A stretch of DNA of 41,809 bases. It comes from a virus (taxonomy: Duplodnaviria; Caudoviricetes). Positions 7,484-17,800 of this stretch are shown here, piece after piece. Location: positions 1-41,809 of the IMG/VR virus record IMGVR_UViG_3300009095_000028, one strand, 5' to 3'. The notes beneath the pieces are model-generated. The model was not told where the DNA came from. It did not search any database and saw only the letters and a list, made by a program, of their open reading frames with translations. Within the stretch, counting starts at the first letter, position 1. Each line of letters begins with the position of its first letter. A program made the position numbers and the translations under genes.

Positions 7484-10329
7484 CAGTTGTCCTCCGGCGG
7501 ATTCGTGATCGTATTGCAGATGTGCAAGGTGTTGCCTTCGGCCGGTAGAGGCTCCTCGACCTCGGAGATGTCGTAGATCGTGCCAGTTGCCGCGGGGATC
7601 GTATACTCCTCGCACGCTCCTCCGGTCGCCTGCAGCACGAACTGCTGCGACGCCGTCGAGCCTACGCTGTCCTCGACCTGCACGGTGAACGTCGCTTCCT
7701 CGGTGTCGGACGGGGTGCCCGAGAGCACGCCCTGCGGCGAGAGCGAGAGACCTTGCGGCAGGCTCCCGGCGGCGATGCTCCATGTGTACGGCTTCGCCCC
7801 TCCCGACGCCGCGAAGGTGACGCTGTAAGGCTCATCCAACACGAGCGGCGGCAGCTCGATCACAGGGAAGACCAGCGGGTCGAGCGCGTCGACCATGAAG
7901 AACTCCTGCGACTTGCGCTCGGCGCTTCGCAGTTCGCCGTTCACCGCGACCAATCCGAAGCACACGTTCTTCGACACGTCGGCGTCGTCGGCGATGCGGT
8001 CGGCCACCGTGTAGGTGAAGCGGTCAAACGGAGGCTCGGTGATCTGCACCGTGCGTCGGAGCACCCCGTCGATGTAGACGCGAACCTCGTAGCCGCCCTC
8101 CGGCACGTCGACGAAGTTCGGCGCATCCTGCGGCACCACGACACCCGCTTCCGTCTGCTCGATCCTGTGCCTGATCGACCATGTGATCTCGGCGTTGCCT
8201 TCGATGACGTGATCGACGGAGTCCCCGTTGACCTTCGGATTCGCGGCGGGATAGGGCTTGCGCGCACGACTGGATACCGCGATCGAGAGCTGCGGTGCAT
8301 CCGCGATCGGCAGCACCCCACGCACGTTGCGGGGTAGCAGCTTCGCCGTGACCGTGCCGTCTTCCGCGTAGGGCTCCTCGGAGAGCAGCCCCATGCCCTC
8401 GGTAATCATCCAGATGCGCGCCCCCGCCGGGTGGTCGAGCGGCAGGGTGTCGAGCGCTCCGCGCATCACGTCGCGCACGGTGTAGCTCCCGTTGCCGTTG
8501 TTGGCGACGGTCTTCCACGCGATGATCTCCTCGCCCGCCGTGCTGCGGATCAGGGCGAGCGCGTCACCGGCCTCGAACCCTCCTTGCGTCGGGTTTTCCA
8601 GCGAGCCGAAATCGCGGGCCGATGTCACGACAAAGCCGGTTGGGTCGATCGCAGGCGTCGTGCTCGGGTACTCCGAGAACAGCACACCCGTGGGCGTGAA
8701 ATCGGCGACGTTGCCGGTCAGGCGATACGACGAGCCTCCCGCCGGGTCATGCCACGTCTCGTAGGCCGAGTCGATGCCCCCGGCACGAGCGCCCACCGTG
8801 ATGATGTAGCGCGCTGCCTCGCCGACGAGGTGGTACGGCGCCTCGAACGCATACTGCGCGGCGAGCGGCTGCGGCGGGCCGACCGGGTTCTGCCAGTTGC
8901 TCGGAGGCGGGAGGGAGTAGCTCGCGTTGGTCAGCGAGAAGATGTCCTCGATGCAGTCCAGCTCGACTTGATTGCCCATGGGGTCGCCGTAGCCGATCCG
9001 CGACACGCGCAGGATGACGCCCGCGAGCCCGTCCGGCGACCAGTCGACCACGATCACGCTACCGGGGCGCAGCTTGCGCGCTCGACGCGAGCTGACCCGT
9101 ACCTTGCCCGTGAGCAGCGGGTAGCTGAAGGTCTTGAGCGCAACATGGCCGCGCCGGATCGCCGGGTCTGCGCGAGAGAAGCCGAGCAGGTCGAGCGTCT
9201 CGGCCTCCACGACGCCGCCGCGCCCGAACACATTGGCGGTATCGCGCAGCGGCACAGGCCGCACGGTGAAATCGTCTTCCCGGTCGACGTACTGCAGGAT
9301 GAGCGTGTTCTTGGTCTCGCTCCACGAGCCGCGCGACCACTGGAACGAGGAGATCGAGGACTCATCGAACCGCGGCAGCTCGTCGACGTTGTAGTCGTCG
9401 CGAGCCAGCGCGATGTCGATCAGGCCGGTGTCCGGGTCGGTATACAGCACTCCGTCGATGTGTCGCAGGATTTCGGCGATCTGATCCTGTAGCGAGCGTG
9501 CCGAGTTGACCAGCATCGACAGTCCGTAGCCCTCGTCGTAGAGCTGGTTGCCGATGGCGATGAACTTCGCGATGTTGACGCGCGAGGAAGGGAACTGCCC
9601 GCCCCACCGCATATCGGTCAGCAGCTCGTAGATCATGCACGCGGGGTTCGCGTCGCCCTCGATGATGTGCCGCCCATCGGTCATCCCGAGGGTGTTCGGG
9701 TAGCGGTGGACGACGAAGCTGATCGCCGGGATGTTCTCGCGGGTGCCGAGGTAGAACGACTCGAAGACGGCGAAGCACAGACCGCGGTAGGCCGAGCGTA
9801 GGCGCCCGAGCACGGTCTGCACGTAGGAGTTCGCGTTCTGCATCCCGGTGCCACGGGCGATGCGCAGCGTGCCGACGAGCCCGCCGCCTTCCTCGTTGCC
9901 ACCCATGAACTCCGGGGCGTTGAAGTTGAAGACGATCTCGTCGTCCGTGACGCTCTTGCTGACGTTCTCCGGGGGCACGGTGTCGCCGTTGAAGCGGACC
10001 TGCGATACATCGTCGATCGCGCCGATCGTCAGCATCATCTCGATGCCGAGGATGTACTTGTGGTTGACCGTCACACGGGTCGATGAGAACCAGCCGGTCT
10101 TGACCTTCTTCTTGATCTCCTCGGTGCGCAGGTCTCCGTACCACGTGACATTGCCGCCTTCGATCAGGCACGTCCCTGCCATCCACGGCCAGTTGCGTGT
10201 CTCCGAGATGGTCGGCAGGTTGAAGTCGTCGATCGCCGCCGGCTTGGCATCGGTCGGCTTCTGCTTCGGGCGCAGCAGCTCCCCGACCACCGAGATCGCG
10301 AGCGAGACAAAGAATGCCATCCAGAACAT
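7483..10329 (-). CDS. Central tail/baseplate-hub protein with C-terminal Ig-like domain
   Basis: SAYRGLC, DANPACMIYELLTD.RWG and LRPGSVI motifs of phage tail-tip proteins; C-terminal ASGGAKPYTWSIAAGSLPQGLSLS..GVLSGTP He_PIG-like repeat. Confidence 0.85.
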   Translation of the reverse strand: MFWMAFFVSLAISVVGELLRPKQKPTDAKPAAIDDFNLPTISETRNWPWMAGTCLIEGGNVTWYGDLRTEEIKKKVKTGWFSSTRVTVNHKYILGIEMMLTIGAIDDVSQVRFNGDTVPPENVSKSVTDDEIVFNFNAPEFMGGNEEGGGLVGTLRIARGTGMQNANSYVQTVLGRLRSAYRGLCFAVFESFYLGTRENIPAISFVVHRYPNTLGMTDGRHIIEGDANPACMIYELLTDMRWGGQFPSSRVNIAKFIAIGNQLYDEGYGLSMLVNSARSLQDQIAEILRHIDGVLYTDPDTGLIDIALARDDYNVDELPRFDESSISSFQWSRGSWSETKNTLILQYVDREDDFTVRPVPLRDTANVFGRGGVVEAETLDLLGFSRADPAIRRGHVALKTFSYPLLTGKVRVSSRRARKLRPGSVIVVDWSPDGLAGVILRVSRIGYGDPMGNQVELDCIEDIFSLTNASYSLPPPSNWQNPVGPPQPLAAQYAFEAPYHLVGEAARYIITVGARAGGIDSAYETWHDPAGGSSYRLTGNVADFTPTGVLFSEYPSTTPAIDPTGFVVTSARDFGSLENPTQGGFEAGDALALIRSTAGEEIIAWKTVANNGNGSYTVRDVMRGALDTLPLDHPAGARIWMITEGMGLLSEEPYAEDGTVTAKLLPRNVRGVLPIADAPQLSIAVSSRARKPYPAANPKVNGDSVDHVIEGNAEITWSIRHRIEQTEAGVVVPQDAPNFVDVPEGGYEVRVYIDGVLRRTVQITEPPFDRFTYTVADRIADDADVSKNVCFGLVAVNGELRSAERKSQEFFMVDALDPLVFPVIELPPLVLDEPYSVTFAASGGAKPYTWSIAAGSLPQGLSLSPQGVLSGTPSDTEEATFTVQVEDSVGSTASQQFVLQATGGACEEYTIPAATGTIYDISEVEEPLPAEGNTLHICNTITNPPEDN

Positions 10330-10335
10330 GCGCGA

Positions 10336-11223
10336 CTACTCCACCAAGTTGCCGATGCTGCGCCATGGCGCCTTGCCGCTATCCGAGCCGCCTCCGCTGC
10401 CCTTGTTGCCGGTGCCGAACACGTTCTCGGTGAAGGGGTTCTTGCGAGGCACGTCCGGGAACCCGGCGTGCCGCGGGAGGTTGTTGAACTTGTCCTTGCA
10501 CGTCGACTCAAGGCCGTCACAGCCTGCGTAGGCGGACAGGACTTCACCGGAGCGCAGCCCGACGAACGGTGCCACGAGGGTCAGGTTCGGGCCTTCGTGC
10601 GAGATTATCCAGCGGACCTCGTTCGTCTCCCGGCGCAGCACGTAGCCCGCGGCAAACCACTGGTCTTCCTTCGTGCCGAAGGCGGCGGCGGATACCACAT
10701 CGCGGTCGATCGCGTTGACCGTCCCGTCCACGCGGTACAGCTCGCGGTTCACACCGCAGCCGGGCGAGTAGACCGGCCAGTTGCAGGTCGGACTGTAGAC
10801 AGGCCACGGGATCACGCGCTGCATCTTGTGGCCGATCGGGAAGCACGTGATCGACGCGGTGCCATCCTCGTTGAACACGGCAGACGCGGCCTCGCCGAAG
10901 AACACCGGCCGGTATTCGCCGTCCGGGTCGTCGCGGTGCCGCGTGAGAACGTCCACCTCGATAGGCTGCGGCGGGAGGAACTGCTTGAACTCGAACGCCA
11001 GTGGAGTGCTCGACGGGAGGTTGATTTCCACGCCTTGCGGAAGCTCCTGCGCGCTTTGCTCCGTTGGCCCCATCGAGATCGGGATGTTGCCGTAGACCTC
11101 GGTGCCGCTGGTGATCGGGAGGCGGTGATTCGTGTAGAGCCACCGCCGCTCGCCGGAGAAGAAGCGGAACAGCAGCAAGGGGCTTCCCCGGTGCTCGCTG
11201 TCTTGGAATTGATCGAAGCTCAT
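10336..11223 (-). CDS. DUF2163/BR0599-family tail tip protein
   Basis: C..PVYSPGCGV and GCD....CKDKFNN...HAGFPDVP..NPF cysteine motifs. Confidence 0.85.
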   Translation of the reverse strand: MSFDQFQDSEHRGSPLLLFRFFSGERRWLYTNHRLPITSGTEVYGNIPISMGPTEQSAQELPQGVEINLPSSTPLAFEFKQFLPPQPIEVDVLTRHRDDPDGEYRPVFFGEAASAVFNEDGTASITCFPIGHKMQRVIPWPVYSPTCNWPVYSPGCGVNRELYRVDGTVNAIDRDVVSAAAFGTKEDQWFAAGYVLRRETNEVRWIISHEGPNLTLVAPFVGLRSGEVLSAYAGCDGLESTCKDKFNNLPRHAGFPDVPRKNPFTENVFGTGNKGSGGGSDSGKAPWRSIGNLVE

Positions 11224-12920
11224 GGGTTGCCCGGACGCGTGAGTTGCAGGGAAGTCTGCACTACCGACGCCTCCGTTGTCTTGTGGCTGATCGTCACCGC
11301 GTCGCTCGCCAGCCGGTACAAGCCGAGGTAGCTGATCCGTCGAACCTGCGACACCGCGATGCCACGGCCGACCTGCTCGGTAAGCGTGAGGTCGGCGGAG
11401 CCGTCGCCCCGCGGCATTACGTTGTCGATCTCACGAACGAGGTTCACACCGCCCCGAAGCTGGATCAGCACGTGCTTGCGCGCCGGGTGCCCGTCCACGA
11501 GTTGACCGTAACCGTTGTCAACCACGTGTAGGCTCGAATCGGTCTGCACCACGTCGCTGAGCAGCTTGAAGTCCGCGGTTCCGGTAGGCATCCATACGGG
11601 CGCGAGGCGTCCCTTGCGGCGGGCGAAGAAGCCGCGCAGCCCGGTTGCCTCTTTCTTCGACTTGGATAGCCACTCGTGCGACTTCACGATGGTCGGCCAG
11701 CCGGAGCGCGGTCGCGTCTGGAACACGCCGAAGTCGTTGTCGTGGAGGTCGTAATCCGGGGTAATCGAGACGTTGAGGTTGCTGATCCAGTTGGTGCCCG
11801 CGGTGTAGACCTCGAAGCCGTCGAACATCTCGGCGGGATCGCTCGCGGGCAGACGTGTCGGAGTGTCCGCAGGCGAGCCGACGAACCGTACTGGCACTTC
11901 GAGCTTGTCCTCCGCCACGTAGTTCGTGTTCGCCGTACCGTCGAACCGCGCGATCATCACCGGGAAGACGGAGGCGCCGACAGGCCACGTGAACTCGGTG
12001 CCCTTCTTCAGCCTGACCTCGCCATCGAGTACCGTCTCGATCTCGATCGCCTCATATGTCGAGGCGCTCTTGAACAGCACGAGCAGTCCACCCTCGACAA
12101 ACGAGCGATCGTCCACGGGGAGGCGCAGCGTCAAGGCGCCCGGAGGCGCGGCTTCGGTCAGCGTCGCCTTCTCCTGCCAGATGGGGAGCGCGAACAGCCG
12201 ATCGGCCCACCCGAACATCGCGCTCTCGAACAGCGCCGTCTCCGGGCCTACGATCTGCGCCCGGTATTCCAGCACGCGGCGAGGCTCGTCGCGCTGCGCT
12301 ACGCGATGCTCGGTCCGATCGAAGGCGGTCTCGATCGCGGTCCGCCACTCAAGCGTCTCGTCGACGGGTTGCGCCCAATTCGGCTTGAAGGCCCACACCA
12401 CCACGCGGCGCCCGGTGATCGGAACGTTGTAGTCGACACCGTCAATTGTCCACGACATCGACGCGTTGATCGTCGGCGGGCCTTGCGTGCTGACCGCCAC
12501 GGTGTACGTGTAGAGCCCTAGCGGCGCCATCTGGAAAGGCACCTCGGCAGGCTCCGTTACCGCGATGCCGTCCCCTGCGTCGAGGCTGAAGTCGGTGACA
12601 TCGACGGCGTCAAGGTACGCGTTCCACACGACCACATCGCGGTTCTGATTCGACAGCAGGTTGCCGAGGTCGAGCGCGGCGGGGACGAAGTGGATGCGGA
12701 AGTACCAGTCGTTGAAGAACGTCGGCGCGTACACGCCCCCGTAGTTCACGGGATCGCGAACGAAGACACCGTCGCCTTCAGGGGATCCGTCCGCCAGTAG
12801 CGAAGGGCTGTCTACCGCCGAAAGACGGACAGGCGCGTAATCCTGCACGAACTCCCGCAGGTTTGACACCTGCATCGGATCAGGCGCAGTGAACAGCGAC
12901 AGAGGGAGGGAGTTCGCCAC
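11220..12920 (-). CDS. Virion structural (distal tail-like) protein
   Basis: 566 aa; ETLEWRT, E.R.A.R..PRR and FF.RRKGR..P.WMP motifs; position upstream of DUF2163 gene. Confidence 0.75.
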   Translation of the reverse strand: MANSLPLSLFTAPDPMQVSNLREFVQDYAPVRLSAVDSPSLLADGSPEGDGVFVRDPVNYGGVYAPTFFNDWYFRIHFVPAALDLGNLLSNQNRDVVVWNAYLDAVDVTDFSLDAGDGIAVTEPAEVPFQMAPLGLYTYTVAVSTQGPPTINASMSWTIDGVDYNVPITGRRVVVWAFKPNWAQPVDETLEWRTAIETAFDRTEHRVAQRDEPRRVLEYRAQIVGPETALFESAMFGWADRLFALPIWQEKATLTEAAPPGALTLRLPVDDRSFVEGGLLVLFKSASTYEAIEIETVLDGEVRLKKGTEFTWPVGASVFPVMIARFDGTANTNYVAEDKLEVPVRFVGSPADTPTRLPASDPAEMFDGFEVYTAGTNWISNLNVSITPDYDLHDNDFGVFQTRPRSGWPTIVKSHEWLSKSKKEATGLRGFFARRKGRLAPVWMPTGTADFKLLSDVVQTDSSLHVVDNGYGQLVDGHPARKHVLIQLRGGVNLVREIDNVMPRGDGSADLTLTEQVGRGIAVSQVRRISYLGLYRLASDAVTISHKTTEASVVQTSLQLTRPGNP

Positions 12921-12923
12921 CCT

Positions 12924-13874
12924 TTAATCTTCCTTCTTGAAGGCGTAAGCGTGATTGTCGGAGTAGGGCTGCCCGTAGAGCGGGCTCGACGACGAGCTAC
13001 TTCCTTGGCCTTTGCGGCACATCGGGAAGACCTTCCACACATCCGAGCCGACAGTGATCTCTTGTCCCGGCGCGAATCGAGCCATGTTGAGGTAACGCAC
13101 GTTCGGGAACGTGCCTACCGGCGAGTAGAATCCTCCGCTACGAATCACATCTGCACGGATGGTTCCGAGCGTGATCTGTCCGCTGAAAGGAGGGTCGTTC
13201 CGATCATAGACCTGAGTGGTCAGGTATCCGAGGCCGTCATTGTCACTTCTCTGCGACCCGTACAGGCCCGTCATAACACGGAAGGCGTTATCGCCATCAA
13301 ACACCGCCCATGACGGGGACTCCCTGCCATCTTGGGGGGCATCGCACCGCATGGCGCCTGTGTTGGTCGTTTGGCCTCCCCGCGTGTCGAACAGGGGGTT
13401 GCTCCACTGCGTCCATTGGTACATTTGGTTCGGGGCGGTGTGCCAGTAGGTCGCGTCAAAGTAGGTGCCGCCAGTCCAATCGCCGAGCTTCTCCGCCTGA
13501 CCGAAGCTGATATGTCGGAACACGCCTCCGGCCAGCTCGATCACGACGTGGATGTGCTCGGCGGGGTTGTTGCCTCCGAAAAGGAACACCGCTGTATACG
13601 GCCCTGCGCCGACGTTGCAATGCGCGTATCTGCCGGCGTAGCCCTCCTGCTGGTTGTACGGCAAAGAACCGTCGTACCCGGTGTGCCCTGTGATCCAGAT
13701 GTCCGTCGCGTTGCACCATAGGCGCACGTAATCGCCTGACTTCCGAAGGACGAGCACCCGCTCGCTGCCGTTGAGCGAGTTAGTGGCTATCGTCCACCCC
13801 GCCGACGCGGCGAACGCCCCGATCTTGTTGATTACGTCTTCCGGGCTGCCCCCCGTGGTTTCCTGATAAGCCAT
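12924..13874 (-). CDS. Virion structural protein
   Basis: 316 aa; G.FRHISFG and PGQEITVGSDVWKVFP motifs of siphovirus tail proteins. Confidence 0.7.
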   Translation of the reverse strand: MAYQETTGGSPEDVINKIGAFAASAGWTIATNSLNGSERVLVLRKSGDYVRLWCNATDIWITGHTGYDGSLPYNQQEGYAGRYAHCNVGAGPYTAVFLFGGNNPAEHIHVVIELAGGVFRHISFGQAEKLGDWTGGTYFDATYWHTAPNQMYQWTQWSNPLFDTRGGQTTNTGAMRCDAPQDGRESPSWAVFDGDNAFRVMTGLYGSQRSDNDGLGYLTTQVYDRNDPPFSGQITLGTIRADVIRSGGFYSPVGTFPNVRYLNMARFAPGQEITVGSDVWKVFPMCRKGQGSSSSSSPLYGQPYSDNHAYAFKKED

Positions 13875-13877
13875 CTG

Positions 13878-14825
13878 TCACTCCAAGGCGATTGCGGCGT
13901 ACTCGTTATTCGATGTCCTGTAGACGTTCTGCACCACAAGGTGTGTCACACCGTCGATCGAGACAGTGTTCTCGCTCGCCGTGCCGAAGCCGGGGATGAA
14001 CCGAACCCCTTCAAGCGCGCCGAGGTTGGCCGGGTATGGCGTGGTGATCGCGATCTCTGCGGGGATCAGGACGTATTGGCCGTCCAAGCCTTCCCGCAGG
14101 TAGGGTGTGCCCAACCAGCTAGCCCAAGGGGCGATGTTGTTGTTGTTCGCCGGGTTCTCGTTTGAGGTCTGATATTTGTTCGCGAGGTAACACCACTGAC
14201 CGTCCGGGAGGCGGATAGCGGAGCCTGTGTTGGCATCTGTCGCAGACGAGGATGAGGCGTTTCCCGGATTGAAGAACGCCGAGTGTCCCGCGTGGTTGGC
14301 CACAGAGTACCGCCACGAGGACTGCCGCGACGTTCCTCCAATGAACAGCGGGTACGCCCAAGTGGTCGGCAAATGGTACGGCAAGATGAAACCGCAATAC
14401 GCCGATTCGTATACCGTGGTCACGCGCACAACAACAATGAAACGCCGCCCGTTCGCGATGAACCAATAGGGCATCGCGCCGTCCCACAGGTGGATGTAGC
14501 GATTCGCCAACCTGCCGGGCTGGTCGACGAGAGGGATTTCGGGGTTGTAGCTGCTGAACCCTGCGAAGCCGACGTTATAGTAGTCGGACCCGACATCGAA
14601 GACCGGGTCGATCGAGACGAGAATCTCGTCGTTACCCGAGGTGCCCGGTCCTCGAAGAAGAACATCCTCGTTGCGAGTAAAAGGCGTGCCGGGCTGAGGG
14701 CCATACAGCACCGTCCACGCCTGACCGCTCGCTACTAGCTCGGCGTTCGTCGTCAGGAAGTCCCGCAGCTTCGTGAGCAGGTCGTCGTAGTTTGCAGCGG
14801 TGCCGATCTCTACGGCCATTGTCAC
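13878..14825 (-). CDS. Virion structural protein
   Basis: 315 aa; MAVEIGTA, YWFIANGRRFIVV, YPLFIGG and LVVQNVYRT motifs; follows tape measure gene. Confidence 0.75.
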   Translation of the reverse strand: MTMAVEIGTAANYDDLLTKLRDFLTTNAELVASGQAWTVLYGPQPGTPFTRNEDVLLRGPGTSGNDEILVSIDPVFDVGSDYYNVGFAGFSSYNPEIPLVDQPGRLANRYIHLWDGAMPYWFIANGRRFIVVVRVTTVYESAYCGFILPYHLPTTWAYPLFIGGTSRQSSWRYSVANHAGHSAFFNPGNASSSSATDANTGSAIRLPDGQWCYLANKYQTSNENPANNNNIAPWASWLGTPYLREGLDGQYVLIPAEIAITTPYPANLGALEGVRFIPGFGTASENTVSIDGVTHLVVQNVYRTSNNEYAAIALE

Positions 14826-17800
14826 ACTCCAAGGATTTGCTTGATCTCGGCCTTGCGCGCCCGGATCATGTTGAGGACCGGCTGCTGGCCGTCGCGACGA
14901 TTGAGAGCGTCGTTGACCACCGACGCCGAATCAATGGCGTTGATGATCTTGAGCTGCGGTGCTGCCGGAGTCGCGCCGCCGTTGAGCGCGTTACGCGGGT
15001 CGGTGCGGCTCAGGACTTCCTCGCCGGTCTGCGCGATGATAGGCACCTCGTCGGACCGCAGGCCGGGGAAGCCGCCGCTGTGGTAGCGCGGCGCCCCGGC
15101 GAAGACGAGCGGCGAGACGGCCATCTTCGAGCCCATCGGAGCCCCGACGATCGCGCCGTTGTGCGCCACACCGAGCACGCCCATGGCGGCGTCCATGTAG
15201 CCTCCCGTGCCGCCGGAGATCGCGTTCTGGATCGCCTTCAGCAAGATGGCCTGCATAATCATCTTGCCGATGTTCACGAGGAAGTCAGCGGCGAAGTTCA
15301 GGAACGCGTCGCCTGCGGCCTTGAACGCGTCCGACCAGTCGTTGACCCCCTGCAAGGCGCCTGCGATGCCCTCGGCGAACGTGCCGAACGCCTCCGCGAA
15401 CCCGCTCGAAATCTCCTCGCGCCACGTGTAGAGGAATCGCTTCGAGGCAGTGTCGCCGATGTTGATCTTGATCGTGAGCTGGTCGAGCTGCGCGAGCACG
15501 GCGTCGACGTTCATCATCTCGCCGAGCAAGCCCTGATTCGCGATCAGGAAGTCGCGCAGCTCGACGGCCTTCGCCGCGATTGCGTCCTGCCCGGCGAGCA
15601 TCGCATCGCGCGCCTGACGCTCGGCCTCGATTTGCGTGAGCTGCCCTGCCTCGCGCAGCGCGTTGATGTACTCGATCCGGGCCGCGCGGGTCTCGACCAG
15701 TTGGTTCAGCTCTTGCTCGCGCCGCACGAACTCGTCGTGCGTGCCCTCCTGCGTCTCCTCCGTCGTGCGACGTGCGCGGATGTCGCCTCCGTCCTCGAAG
15801 CGTGAGGCGGCCGCGGCGACGGCGGCAGCGCGGGCGCGCAGCATCTCCGCTTCCACGCCTTGCGCCTGCTGCATCGCCGCCTCAAGGTCGGCCTGCAGCT
15901 CGCGCAGGCTGGCCGACCGCTCATCCATCTCGAAGTCGAGCAGGGCGAGGCGGCCTTCCACGGTCTCGGCGTGCGCTTCGAGCACCTCGCGGTCGATGCG
16001 CTTCAGCTCGTCGGCAGCACGCTCGGCCAGTCGGGCGCGCTCGCGGGCAAGGCGCTCAGCCTCGCGCAACGCCTTCGCGTTGTCGTCGCCGTCCTGTGTG
16101 ACGCGCGAGATGTCGAGCCCGAGGCGCTCGGCGCGCAGCCGCCCGAGCATCTGCTGCAGCGCGTCCTGCTGGTCGAGAGTGGACTGCTTGACGTAGTCGC
16201 GGCTCGCCTCGCTGAGCGTCTGGAACGCCTCGCGCGCCCGGTCGTTGACCGAGTCGTAGTACGCCTTGTCGCTGAGGAACTTCTGGCGGTTCGTCTCGTC
16301 GTTGAGTTCCTTCTCGATCGCGGCGAACTCGCGCAGCGCGTCGGCCTCGTTCTGCCACGACTCGCGGCGCAGCCGGTCGCGCGCAACAGACGCCTCGGCG
16401 GCCGTGCGGTTGTACTCGCCGATCGCGACCTCGGCGTCCGCGATCGCCCGCTCCGCCTCGGTGATCGCCTGAATCTGGCGCTTGGCCTGCGGCGTGAGGT
16501 CGCCCGCATTGCGGCCGAACCGCTGCACGAAGTTGCCGGACGCCTTCAGCTCGGCCAGTTGTGCTCGCGCATTCTCCAACGTCGCACGGGCCTGCTCGCG
16601 CTTCGCTGCCGCTGCGTCGCGGGCCTGCTTGGCGATCTCGACATCCTGCTCGGCCAAGTCGACGGCGCTGGAAAGTGCTTGTCCTTGCGCACGGCGCAAC
16701 TCGTCGATCCGGTCGGCCTTGCGCTTGATGGCATCTGCCGCGGCGTCGGAGCGCATCTTCAGGTAGAAGAACGCCTCGGCCAGAAGGGCGACGGCGATGC
16801 CGATGGGGCCGAGCGCAACCGAGATCGCACGCCCCATGGTGCGGGCGCTGACCGTCGTAGCCGTCATCGCGCCGCGCAGCACCGTGAGCTGCCGGATGGC
16901 GACGCCGAGCCCTTGCGCCCACTGGCCGACCCACATCGCGACCTTGATCGCGATCATCGCCTTGAGTGCGGAGATGATGCCGTTCGGGCCACCGATCGCG
17001 CCGACGACGGTGCGGATCGAGTTGACGAGCATCGAGAACGACTGCGCGATGCTCTCGGCGAACTGCCGCCCGTCCTCGGAGCGGAAGAACTCGCTCAGCT
17101 CCATCGACAGTTCGCGGACGGTGTCGCTGAGCCCGCCGCGGCCAAGGGTGATGAGGAACTCATCGAACGCGGTGCGCAGGCGTGCCAGCTCGGCGCGCGT
17201 GTTGCGCGTGGCCTCGGGCAGTTTCGAGGCGACCTCATCGGCCATGAACTCAGCGAGCAGCGGAAGAACGTCGGCGGTCAGCTCGCCGTTCTCCATCAGC
17301 TTCGTCATCTCGCCGTTGCTCAGGCCGATCGCCTGCGCGAGCTTCGTGAACGCGCCGGGCAGCCGGTCACCCAACTGGCCGCGCAGTTCTTCGGCTTGGA
17401 TGATGCCCTTCGAGAAGGACTGTTCCAGCGCCTTGAAGATGCCGTCGACGTTCTCCTGCGAAAGCTGCAGGACCGTCGCGACCTCGGTGAAGTCCTCGAA
17501 GACCTGACGCGTGGTTTCGAGACTCTGGCCCGCGCCCTGCGCGGCGATAGCGAACTTCGAGTATTGCGCGCCCAGTGGTTCGAGACGCTGACCGAGGCGG
17601 TCGGCCTGCTCGCGCACGTACTCGAAGTCACGACCGGCCTGCCGCGTGTCGCCCTCGGCGGCCACGGTCAGTCGCATCATCGTGCCCTGACGCTCGATGT
17701 CGGCGTTGATGGCGCGGCGGACGGTGTTGATCGCCTCGAACACGCCGAAGTAGGCGGCAGCGATCGAGAGAATCTGGCCCCGGAGGCGCTGGTTGAAGTT

